Below, piece after piece: positions 9,195-18,290 of a stretch of DNA of 37,454 bases (within the stretch, counting starts at the first letter, position 1; each line of letters begins with the position of its first letter). This DNA is from a virus (lineage: Duplodnaviria > Heunggongvirae > Uroviricota > Caudoviricetes). Under the pieces are notes generated by a model. It was not told where the DNA came from. It made no database searches and was given only the letters and a program-made list of their open reading frames with translations. The stretch spans positions 1 through 37,454 of the IMG/VR virus record IMGVR_UViG_3300042472_000628; one strand, written 5' to 3'. The position numbers and the translations under genes are program-made.

Positions 9195-11938
9195 TGTACG
9201 ATAATTTAAGATTTTTTAGAGGATTAGAATATGACTTGAATTTCGAGAAAGACGATTTCGATGTATACGAGGGTACTGTTCATTTGTCCCAAGTTTCTGC
9301 AGGTTTGTATGAAACTGTTAACTTATTCATCGTAGAAGAATGTATCTTCAATGGTGATCCTAATATTAATTTTCCTACGGCAGAAACTTCTAGCCCTACT
9401 AAATTTATATTTGAATGGGAACAAACCAATAAATTTGATAGCACATCAATCATTTTATATGATATTGATAATACTGGAAATATTCCTACTATCAAAGAAT
9501 TAAAGTCACAAACTATTGATTTATTAGATAACTCAAACACCGACTCTATTGTCGATGGTGTTAAATATTTAAACGCTAGTTCTAATGTGGCTATTCAACT
9601 TAATGTTGCATTAAGTTCTACAACTCCAGGCCCACATATTAGAAACTTAAATGTATATGAATACACTGATGGTATTAAAACTCTAATAGCTACTATTGAA
9701 TTTTATGGAGAAGTTGTAGCCGAAGACGAAAGACTTACAGTTCTTTTGTCTAATTTTGGTGCGTCTTTATCAGAATCAGATTTCTTATTATTCAAAGATC
9801 ATGACATTAGTGAAATGTCTCCTGATTATATTTTATTAAATCAAAAAAGAAAGGAACTTCTTTTAGAACTTCATAACATTAAACCATTTGTTGGTACATA
9901 TAAAGCAATTTTAAATGCGATTGACTTCTTTGGTTATGATAAATTAACTCTTAAAGAATATTGGTTGAACATCGATAGTTCTGTTAAGAATTTTGGTAAA
10001 TTATTTGCTGTTCCTGTTCCTCATTCATCAGTAAGAGGCGAATCAATTAGAAAGAAATTAGCTTTTAAATTGCCATCTAATACGATGAAAAAAACCAGTA
10101 AGTTTAGTTTAGTCTATAGATTAAATGAACCTAATGGTACATATGACGAATGGGATATTCCTAATGTAACTGAAACTTTTGATTATACGCCTGAAGAGGT
10201 TTTAATTAAATTATATGGTTTAAAAGCCAAGTTACAAAAAGAGTACTTACCGCTTCAAGCTAAGATTATTGACATAACTGCTGAAGGTGATTATTTTGAT
10301 CAAAGAAATTTAAATGTTTGGAATAATCAAAATGCTATTGATTTCTTTAGTGAAGGTCATAGAATTAAATTTAAAGTTGTTCCAGGTGATAGAGATCTTT
10401 TTATTGAAGATATGTCAATGGTTCTTAAACCGTCGTTAGATCAAAATAATGATGCTGGTAACTATAACTTATTTTTAAATTTAGGAATAGGTAAAGAAGA
10501 TAATTTGACTGCTGCGAATAGAGTAGAATTAAAAGATGTAATTTATAAGTTTTACGAAACGTATCACGATAGAGAATTATATTCTTACAATCCAAATATT
10601 CCAATAGGTTGTCCAATTATATTAGATGGAACTGATTCATTTGATGACGTATGGGACGAAGCTAAGTTTACATGGGAAGATGCTCAAGATCCAAATTCAA
10701 CTTTGTTAATAACATGGAATAATTGGTGGAAAGCATGGGTTTATGAAATCGAATGGGTAGTTACAAGTAAAGAAAGAGGTTTTAACCAGACATATAGGGG
10801 TGCGATCGATGATTACTTAGTACTTCCACTGATATTACCATATGCTGATTCTTACAGTGTGGAAATGAGAACATATGATCTATTTGGACACAGATCACAT
10901 TATAGAATGAATGATGTTATAGATATTAAATTAAAAAATCTAGAACTTTATGGAATTTATAAATGGTTAGAGTATGATAATTGGGACAGCAAGAAACTTC
11001 CTTGGAGTAAAGCTGGAGGTTATTGGAACTCACCTCAAGATAATGAGACATTAGTTGAAGATAATTTAGCTACACTTTATTTGACTTTAGACAGAGCTAA
11101 TTATGTACACATGGAAGATGATCAAGGTTTGAGATTCTCGATTGTTAGAAGATATATGGACATTTATTCTGAAACTGGTTTTAGTGAGACTACTGGACCA
11201 TACACATGGGACGAATCTACATTTAGATTTGAAGACAGTAAACACATCGCATGGAATTTCATGAGAGTTGGACCTGATTTAACTTCAAGTTTTAAAATCA
11301 ATGACATACGACAAGGTGATAAATTAGTTATCAAATACAAACATCCTGTAAATGGCACGGTCAGTTTCGGTGAACATACTATTATAAATGCAACTCCTAC
11401 TACTTTTAATGATGTAAATGGATGGAAACAAATAATGGATGAATTAAATGCTAGCACTGATCCTGTTATTAGTAAATTTAATTATAATGCAATATTCGAA
11501 GATCTAGATGATAATGATACAAATGATGTATTTAGATTTATTTTAGCAGTAGGTTGGGAATATTCAAGTATATATGATTTTGATACTGTTTCTATCGTGA
11601 AAGCAAATCCTGTTTCTAATTCAAATGTAACCGGTGAAACACATGTTGAACATTTTAATCCAACATGGGATGATACTAGAGTATTTACAAATTATGCAGA
11701 AGTTGAAAGATCAACACATGTTACAATATCTACTGATATTTCTAAATTTCCTGGTAGAAAAAATGCTAAATGGACAATCACAAATATAAGTAACCCAAAA
11801 ATCACTGATATATACTATAATAATATGTGGCTGACGTACATCTTTAAAGAACCTGGATACTATTCAATTCAATTAGAGGCTGAAGACACACATGGTAATA
11901 AAAACCTTGTAAAACGAAACATGTTAAAAGTAAAATAA
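9194..11938 (+). CDS. Baseplate wedge protein, gp7/P2 gpI-like core, with C-terminal PKD/Ig-like domain
   Basis: LLSNFG...KRKELLLELHNIKPFVGTYKAILNAIDFFGYDKLTLKEYW resembles the gpI/gp7 core; C-terminal YIFKEPGYYSIQLEAEDTHGN is PKD-like; lies after gp6. Confidence 0.6.
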   Translation: MYDNLRFFRGLEYDLNFEKDDFDVYEGTVHLSQVSAGLYETVNLFIVEECIFNGDPNINFPTAETSSPTKFIFEWEQTNKFDSTSIILYDIDNTGNIPTIKELKSQTIDLLDNSNTDSIVDGVKYLNASSNVAIQLNVALSSTTPGPHIRNLNVYEYTDGIKTLIATIEFYGEVVAEDERLTVLLSNFGASLSESDFLLFKDHDISEMSPDYILLNQKRKELLLELHNIKPFVGTYKAILNAIDFFGYDKLTLKEYWLNIDSSVKNFGKLFAVPVPHSSVRGESIRKKLAFKLPSNTMKKTSKFSLVYRLNEPNGTYDEWDIPNVTETFDYTPEEVLIKLYGLKAKLQKEYLPLQAKIIDITAEGDYFDQRNLNVWNNQNAIDFFSEGHRIKFKVVPGDRDLFIEDMSMVLKPSLDQNNDAGNYNLFLNLGIGKEDNLTAANRVELKDVIYKFYETYHDRELYSYNPNIPIGCPIILDGTDSFDDVWDEAKFTWEDAQDPNSTLLITWNNWWKAWVYEIEWVVTSKERGFNQTYRGAIDDYLVLPLILPYADSYSVEMRTYDLFGHRSHYRMNDVIDIKLKNLELYGIYKWLEYDNWDSKKLPWSKAGGYWNSPQDNETLVEDNLATLYLTLDRANYVHMEDDQGLRFSIVRRYMDIYSETGFSETTGPYTWDESTFRFEDSKHIAWNFMRVGPDLTSSFKINDIRQGDKLVIKYKHPVNGTVSFGEHTIINATPTTFNDVNGWKQIMDELNASTDPVISKFNYNAIFEDLDDNDTNDVFRFILAVGWEYSSIYDFDTVSIVKANPVSNSNVTGETHVEHFNPTWDDTRVFTNYAEVERSTHVTISTDISKFPGRKNAKWTITNISNPKITDIYYNNMWLTYIFKEPGYYSIQLEAEDTHGNKNLVKRNMLKVK

Positions 11939-11952
11939 TAAAACAATAAAAA

Positions 11953-12519
11953 ATGGCAAACATTACTGAAATCTTAGGAACTGACTCAGTTTCTTCATCA
12001 AGACCGATTATTAATAGTAACTTTGAGTTATTAAATGACGAGTTAGCATCTGTTACGGCACTATTAAATCCTGCAACATCATCGCTAAATTTACAAGGAG
12101 GCGTTTCTGCTTCATCTTTAAACGTTGCAATAGGAAATACAAACATATTACGCGTAGACAATTTAGGTGCTATATTCAATATTGCTGCTACATTTGCTGC
12201 AAGTGCTAAATTTGGAGGTACTTTAATTAAAAGCGGAGTGTTAGGTACTGCTGCGGTTCCAACTACACAAGTTACACCAACAACTATCACAGCAATTACG
12301 TATTTTGTTGACACTAACTTTACTTTACCTGATGCAGTAGATGGACAAGAAGTAACTATAATTAATGTTTCTACAGCTTCACAATCAGTGTCAGCTCTTA
12401 TATTGGATAAGTTAGGTGCAAGTTCAATTGCGTTAACAGGTAAAAATTCTACAGTAACATTAAGATGTTTCGCTAATATATGGTATGTTATCGCAGCTCA
12501 CAACACAACAATTGTATAA
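11953..12519 (+). CDS. Short tail-fibre/baseplate protein with gp9/gp10-like N-terminal docking motif
   Basis: MANITEILGTDSVSSSRPIINSNFELLN (INxNF motif); C-terminal beta-rich tip (FTLPDAVDGQEVTIIN...VTLRCFANIWYVI). Confidence 0.6.
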   Translation: MANITEILGTDSVSSSRPIINSNFELLNDELASVTALLNPATSSLNLQGGVSASSLNVAIGNTNILRVDNLGAIFNIAATFAASAKFGGTLIKSGVLGTAAVPTTQVTPTTITAITYFVDTNFTLPDAVDGQEVTIINVSTASQSVSALILDKLGASSIALTGKNSTVTLRCFANIWYVIAAHNTTIV

Positions 12520-12538
12520 AACAAAATTTAATTAATAA

Positions 12539-14494
12539 ATGGCAACTCCTCTAGTTAGAATACCGCAGCCCATGGGAGGCACAATGTATGCTTTTGCTTC
12601 TTCAGCAAGAGATATGACTAGAGCTTTTAACAGTTCAGACTTAAATTTTGAATTTAGCAAATATGCTTTGTTAGATCTTCCAGATTTTACTGATTCAGTT
12701 AATGGTTCTAACACTATAGATTTTGAATTAAATCTTAAACAAGCATCGGGTCAAGCATATATTGCTGGCATGCCTAATGTTGATTTTGCACAAACGTTTC
12801 AGAATTATGCATTGAACATGGAAGAGTTATTGTTAAATGACGATGACTACGATCCAATTATTTTACAATCAGACGCTGAAAAAATATTCTTTAAATGGTT
12901 ATCTTCTTTAGGTGCCATTGATTTTATTACAGCAGATTCTAACCAAACTCTTTTAGGTAATTATACAGAGAAAGTTAATGGAAATTTAGCGAGTGATAAT
13001 TACGATAGATTGGTTAAATATTTAGGAACTATTGACGTTGAGAATGATGTTGCATATCAAGGTAACACTTATCATGAAGTTTATATTAATGTTCCTACGT
13101 CAGTTGGTTATACACCGACTGTTTTGTTTAAACCATCAAATTACAACACATCTGCAACTAAATTATATGCTAGTGACTATATAGAAGGTAGAGCAGGACA
13201 AACACATCCTGATCCTAATATTAATGTCAATACAATTGTTGATGATTACGCTCTAAGTAGTGGACCATATTACAATATTCAAACTAATGCAACTAATAGC
13301 GTAGGTATTCAATTCGATGCAAATGCATACGAAGAAATTAACAATGATCCGGATGTAAAGTCTTTATTAGATTTTGCTAAGAAAGGTCAAAAGTTTACTT
13401 TTAATGCCATTTTAGTTTATTATGATATTTATAGTCAATCAGTACCTGCTAATAGAGCAACGAATTTATATGGTATTTTAATACTTGATGATATTCAAGA
13501 TTCTTATGGACCTGGTTCTAAGATCAACGAGCAAATTAAGTATAAGCCAAATGAAATTACAGGTTTAAATGGTAATGCATTCTCATTAAAATTAAATTTA
13601 AAATTCAATTCATCATTAGATAATGTTGGTGTTGAAACGAGTGTAAATGATTTTACAACGTTCTCTATGGATTTATTCATGGATACAACTACTGCTTTAG
13701 AAAATGCTACTGAACTTTTAATTCAAGCAAATAATAGATACGGTGCAGTTGTTGATAGATTAGATGCTATTGAAAATATAGTTGCTGCTAAAGAAAATGC
13801 TACGGCACTTTTAAGTAGAATTGTTTCTTTAGAAGATTCATTCCAAAATGCCTCTATTCAATTAGCAGACTCTAATTCTCTTTTGGAATTAATTACAAAA
13901 GCACACAATAAAATCAATTCATTAATTGACGGAACAATACCTGTAGAATTGCAATACAATACTGATGTTTTATTTGCCGGTAAAGGTACAGAAGTTGATA
14001 AATCTATTCCTAATAAAATTAAAATTAATAGTACAGTTGATGGTTATACTTTAAATAGTGTATACCTTTGGAATATGGTTGCTAACGCAATTGCTACTCA
14101 GTTATCAGATACTGTATGGTTTGATGCAGGAAATGTTGGAAACGGTTCTGGTAAATTTGCAATATGGTCTAGACTAGAAGCTTTTACAAATAGATTAAGT
14201 CTTAAAGGTTTAATTAGAAAACCTAATGGAGATATTTCTGATCCTGAAAGTAATCTTAATATATACATTGATGATAGTCTTACTGCTTGGAAAAGCGGTC
14301 AAACTTTTAAAATCACATTTGACACAATCAATATGTCTGGTAATAATATTAAAATTTGGACTAGTAAAACAACTGGATTTGACAAATTAATAGCAGATAT
14401 AGACGCAACTCAATTAATAACAAACAAACCGTATATTGAATTAGTATGTATAAATCCTACTAATTATCAATTCGAAGCTGATATTTTAAGATAA
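12539..14494 (+). CDS. Hypothetical virion structural protein (651 aa)
   Basis: Long ORF in the baseplate cluster; central coiled-coil-like segment (VVDRLDAIENIV...LLSRIVSLEDSF). Confidence 0.6.
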   Translation: MATPLVRIPQPMGGTMYAFASSARDMTRAFNSSDLNFEFSKYALLDLPDFTDSVNGSNTIDFELNLKQASGQAYIAGMPNVDFAQTFQNYALNMEELLLNDDDYDPIILQSDAEKIFFKWLSSLGAIDFITADSNQTLLGNYTEKVNGNLASDNYDRLVKYLGTIDVENDVAYQGNTYHEVYINVPTSVGYTPTVLFKPSNYNTSATKLYASDYIEGRAGQTHPDPNINVNTIVDDYALSSGPYYNIQTNATNSVGIQFDANAYEEINNDPDVKSLLDFAKKGQKFTFNAILVYYDIYSQSVPANRATNLYGILILDDIQDSYGPGSKINEQIKYKPNEITGLNGNAFSLKLNLKFNSSLDNVGVETSVNDFTTFSMDLFMDTTTALENATELLIQANNRYGAVVDRLDAIENIVAAKENATALLSRIVSLEDSFQNASIQLADSNSLLELITKAHNKINSLIDGTIPVELQYNTDVLFAGKGTEVDKSIPNKIKINSTVDGYTLNSVYLWNMVANAIATQLSDTVWFDAGNVGNGSGKFAIWSRLEAFTNRLSLKGLIRKPNGDISDPESNLNIYIDDSLTAWKSGQTFKITFDTINMSGNNIKIWTSKTTGFDKLIADIDATQLITNKPYIELVCINPTNYQFEADILR

Positions 14495-14495
14495 T

Positions 14496-17400
14496 ATGAA
14501 TACTAACAACTCTATTTCTAATTCACTCAAGAAATTACTTGAGATCAACGCTAATTCCTTAAAGACTTTTGAGAGAATTAATGAAGCAATCACGACTGAT
14601 CAACAAGATGTACCTCTTGAGATAATAACTACTGATGGAACTAAAACAGTTTATGTGCCGTCATTTGGTTATATGAAAAGAGAATTAGAGCGATTAGACA
14701 CTAATCTAAAATCTTTAGCAGGTTTAGGTAAGGGTAATACTAGAATTAAGTTACCAGATGGTACTTATCAAAATATTATTACATCTACTTTAAAATCTCC
14801 AGCTAATGATATTACAGTGTTTAATAGACCTGTTAATTTTTCAACTAAGCCTAATTATTTCTTTGAAGATTTCTTAAATCCTTTATTGACTACTACTATT
14901 AATGTTGGTGGACAAATACCAACTAGTACTGAAAAGATATTGGTTAAAAGAATTTTATTTGATTCTTCAAATGCAGTTACTGTTGATTATTTTAACACTA
15001 ACTTTAAGAATAAAGAGAATATAGATTATGCTACTGCAATTAGAGATATTGCAATCAATAGTTTAACATATACTTTAGATGAAGATACAAGAGATTTACC
15101 TTATAGAAATGCACAATACACTGGTAAATTTGATGTATTAAAGATTAACAATTCTAAGAGAGAAGAAACAGTTGATGGAGTTACAACTAAAAGAGGTATA
15201 AAATTATATGCTTTAGATAAATTAACATATAGTGATTCTACGAAGGCTTTTGCTGAAACAGAAACATTAAAAGTTGGTGATGAGCTTATGATTCAAGGTG
15301 GTCTTAGAAACACCAGATATAAAATTACTAGAATTGATGGATCTACAAATCAAGTAGAACTATTATTAGTTGAAGGTTATGAATCTATTAAGATTGGTGC
15401 TGATCAATTAGGAATCTATAAAAATGATGATAATAATCTAAACATACAAGTTAATGTTGGTTTTAATGAAAGACTTTTAGTATTTGTTAAAGCAATAGAT
15501 CCTGATTCTAAAATATTAGCAGAAAACTGGTCACCTGGTATTGGTTTTTATTCTAACGAATTAACATTAGTACAAGCTGATGGTTCATCAATAAGATTAG
15601 ACGATTATTACAAGACTGAAGTCGCTGACTTTGGTAGATATATCAATGCACTTAAAGAAGATGCTATTCCACCAGCAACACAGGGTATTACTCCTGATGC
15701 TCCGGCTTTGGATCTTAATAACTTTAAGGTCGTACAAATTAATACACACCTTACAGCTAATGACAGCGCTGATAAGATTAAAAAGTTAGCAGCTGACAAA
15801 GTTTCTGTTGAAGAGAAGATTAAAAAATTAGATGAAATTATAGTTAAGAAAAGAGCTGAGATTTCTACTAAGAAATATGAATCTAATATTCAAAAAGATA
15901 AAGATAAAAACGAATTAAATTCACTTATCACTGAAAGAACCAGTGAAACAAGTTTATATAATAGTATTGTAAACCAAATCCAATCATTGGCTTCGGGTTC
16001 TAATACGACTACAGTTACTCCAAAGTATAGAGTTAGAGGTTTTTGGGCTATTCCAGAACCTAAGAAAGTTGCTGATACAGTTGATCAAAGTGTTGTACAA
16101 TTTATTATACAATATAGATACTTATCTACTAGTGGAAAAGCAAGTGAAGTTTCACAACTTCCATTCACTGAAGGTACAAGACAAAAAACTGCAGTTTTCT
16201 CAAATTGGAATGAAATGACAACTAAAGCTAGAGACAGATATAGAGATACTGTCACTGGTAAATTTGCATGGCAAGATAGTTTGGTTGAAGATGCCCAAGA
16301 AGTAAACTTTAATCAATTAGATATTTCAATTAATGAAGGTGAATTAGTAGAGATTAGAGTTAAATCTGTTTCTGAAGCTGGTTATCCAGCAAATCCAATA
16401 TATTCTGATTGGTCTGAAGCAATTACTATTGATTTCCCAATTGCTGAAATTGACACTACAAACGTAGAAGCATTATTAATGTCTAATGCTGCTGAAACAG
16501 CTGCTGTTAAAATTTCAGAAGAATTAACATCTAAAGGTGTATTTACGCATATAGATGATAGCTTTAGTGCTAATGAAAAATATTATGCACATAGTGCAAC
16601 AAGTATTGCTTCAGGATTCTTATCTGCTGAACAGAAACCTATTTCGGTTTATGATAAAATTGCAGAATTAGAAGCTCAAATAGCATCGCTTAAAGTTACG
16701 GTTGAAGTGGAAATCGGTGAACTTCTTGTTAAGATCATGGACGAAGATGGTACAGTTACTGTTATTAATAATGACACTAAAAACCAAATCTTTGCTGGAT
16801 ATTATACTGACGAAGTTGCAAGTTTAACTATTAAGAAAGGTCACATTGTTACTAAAACATTTAAACTTTTATTAGAAAATACAAAGGCTACTAAATTAGA
16901 ATTAGTTTCAAGATTAGTTGGTGATAGAAATTTGCCAGCATATAGATCTACTTCAGCAGGATCTGCAATTGCAGATAATGGATTTGGTGTAAGATTAAAC
17001 GATAGCGGAAGTCCAGATACTGATAATAAAATTAGTTCAGATAATTATTATACATCTGAAGGTAAATATGATTTAGTACCAATTCAATATCAGAACATTG
17101 ATGCTACTTCAATATCATCTTATGCATTATTGGCTGAAGCACCTTATCAATCTGCACAGAGACGTGGACAATTTGTTTACTCTAGATTTATGGATATTGC
17201 TAATCAAAATCCATTATATGTGACGGAGTCTTTATTACCGGGTGCACTTCCAAATTTAACAAATTATGAATATCCTCTTAGTTATGCAATATTTCAGGCT
17301 TCTAATACGCTTGGAGTTCTATCAATGGTACCTAATGGAAATGGTAATTCTGTTGATTTTATTTGGACAGGAACTTTTGGTAGAGCTGGAATTAGCGGAG

Positions 17401-18224
17401 ATGCAAATTTAACTACTGATTTTAGTAGAGATAAAATAGATGTATGGAGTGTGGCTACTGTAGGTGCAGCTAGTTATAATAATGGTTTGTTTATACATAA
17501 GGATCATCCAGATTTAGGTAATTTATATGTTGATTTACAAACAGAATATAATGCTAATTTAAGTGCTGTTACGTTCGATCAACAAAAAACTAATATTCAG
17601 GATATAGTAAATAATGCTATTTATACAATGCCTATTACGGCAACTTATGCAACTGGAACTTCATTTATATACAGTGGTAATGGTTCAAGCAATTTATTCG
17701 GGAACAACTTTATAACTTCAGCTGTTGATTCAATTCAATCTACAAAACAATTAGCATTCCAAAAAACATCTAGTTTAATTACAGCTGGTGATAGAACGTT
17801 TAAAATGTCTTTCGATGCAAATGATCAATATCTTTTAGGTGGTCGTTCTTGTGGAGCTTTCTTATTTTTATCGCCGATTAATTTAAACACATTAAGAGTA
17901 GAAGGTGATGCTAAACAAAGTAGAAAAGAAATTAAATCTGCTGTTGGTACACTAGACACATCTAAATCGCTTTCAGTTGACATTATGTTCCAATATAGAA
18001 TGACTGATTATTTTGGTAATGATTCATCTAGTGATATTGGTAGAATTGGAGGTCAAGCTAAATTAACATTCCCTAATTTAACATATACTAAGAAAATTGG
18101 ATTAGACATATTTGATAAATACGATCAACAATTCTCATTTGATATTGAGGTATTTGCTAAGTACAGTCCAGCTGGTAAAAATCTAAATTCAATTAGAGCT
18201 GCTAAGTTGACTAGATTTGCCTAA
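14496..18224 (+). CDS. Large virion structural protein (1242 aa) with coiled coils and an FN3-like segment
   Basis: Heptad region ADKIKKLAADKVSVEEKIKKLDE...; FN3-like VEIRVKSVSEAGYP...SDWSE; located in the tail module. Confidence 0.6.
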   Translation: MNTNNSISNSLKKLLEINANSLKTFERINEAITTDQQDVPLEIITTDGTKTVYVPSFGYMKRELERLDTNLKSLAGLGKGNTRIKLPDGTYQNIITSTLKSPANDITVFNRPVNFSTKPNYFFEDFLNPLLTTTINVGGQIPTSTEKILVKRILFDSSNAVTVDYFNTNFKNKENIDYATAIRDIAINSLTYTLDEDTRDLPYRNAQYTGKFDVLKINNSKREETVDGVTTKRGIKLYALDKLTYSDSTKAFAETETLKVGDELMIQGGLRNTRYKITRIDGSTNQVELLLVEGYESIKIGADQLGIYKNDDNNLNIQVNVGFNERLLVFVKAIDPDSKILAENWSPGIGFYSNELTLVQADGSSIRLDDYYKTEVADFGRYINALKEDAIPPATQGITPDAPALDLNNFKVVQINTHLTANDSADKIKKLAADKVSVEEKIKKLDEIIVKKRAEISTKKYESNIQKDKDKNELNSLITERTSETSLYNSIVNQIQSLASGSNTTTVTPKYRVRGFWAIPEPKKVADTVDQSVVQFIIQYRYLSTSGKASEVSQLPFTEGTRQKTAVFSNWNEMTTKARDRYRDTVTGKFAWQDSLVEDAQEVNFNQLDISINEGELVEIRVKSVSEAGYPANPIYSDWSEAITIDFPIAEIDTTNVEALLMSNAAETAAVKISEELTSKGVFTHIDDSFSANEKYYAHSATSIASGFLSAEQKPISVYDKIAELEAQIASLKVTVEVEIGELLVKIMDEDGTVTVINNDTKNQIFAGYYTDEVASLTIKKGHIVTKTFKLLLENTKATKLELVSRLVGDRNLPAYRSTSAGSAIADNGFGVRLNDSGSPDTDNKISSDNYYTSEGKYDLVPIQYQNIDATSISSYALLAEAPYQSAQRRGQFVYSRFMDIANQNPLYVTESLLPGALPNLTNYEYPLSYAIFQASNTLGVLSMVPNGNGNSVDFIWTGTFGRAGISGDANLTTDFSRDKIDVWSVATVGAASYNNGLFIHKDHPDLGNLYVDLQTEYNANLSAVTFDQQKTNIQDIVNNAIYTMPITATYATGTSFIYSGNGSSNLFGNNFITSAVDSIQSTKQLAFQKTSSLITAGDRTFKMSFDANDQYLLGGRSCGAFLFLSPINLNTLRVEGDAKQSRKEIKSAVGTLDTSKSLSVDIMFQYRMTDYFGNDSSSDIGRIGGQAKLTFPNLTYTKKIGLDIFDKYDQQFSFDIEVFAKYSPAGKNLNSIRAAKLTRFA

Positions 18225-18243
18225 TGCTAACTAATAAATCTTA

Positions 18244-18271
18244 GATATATAACAGAGACAGGAACTCTGTT
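18244..18271 (+). promoter_or_regulatory. Putative late promoter GATATATAA (18244-18252) followed by hairpin AACAGAG-acaggaa-CTCTGTT (18251-18271)
   Basis: Recurrent motif plus a perfect 7-bp inverted repeat in the 66-nt gap. Confidence 0.55.
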
Positions 18272-18290
18272 TAATAAAAGATTTATATAA

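Noticed and set aside
578-12519. Bacterial contractile injection system (eCIS/T6SS/tailocin) in a host chromosome, with rpsA as a host gene
   Set aside because: A gp13 neck protein, gp32, gp61, UvsY and UvsW show a T4-like phage, and the S1 is divergent and lacks housekeeping neighbours.
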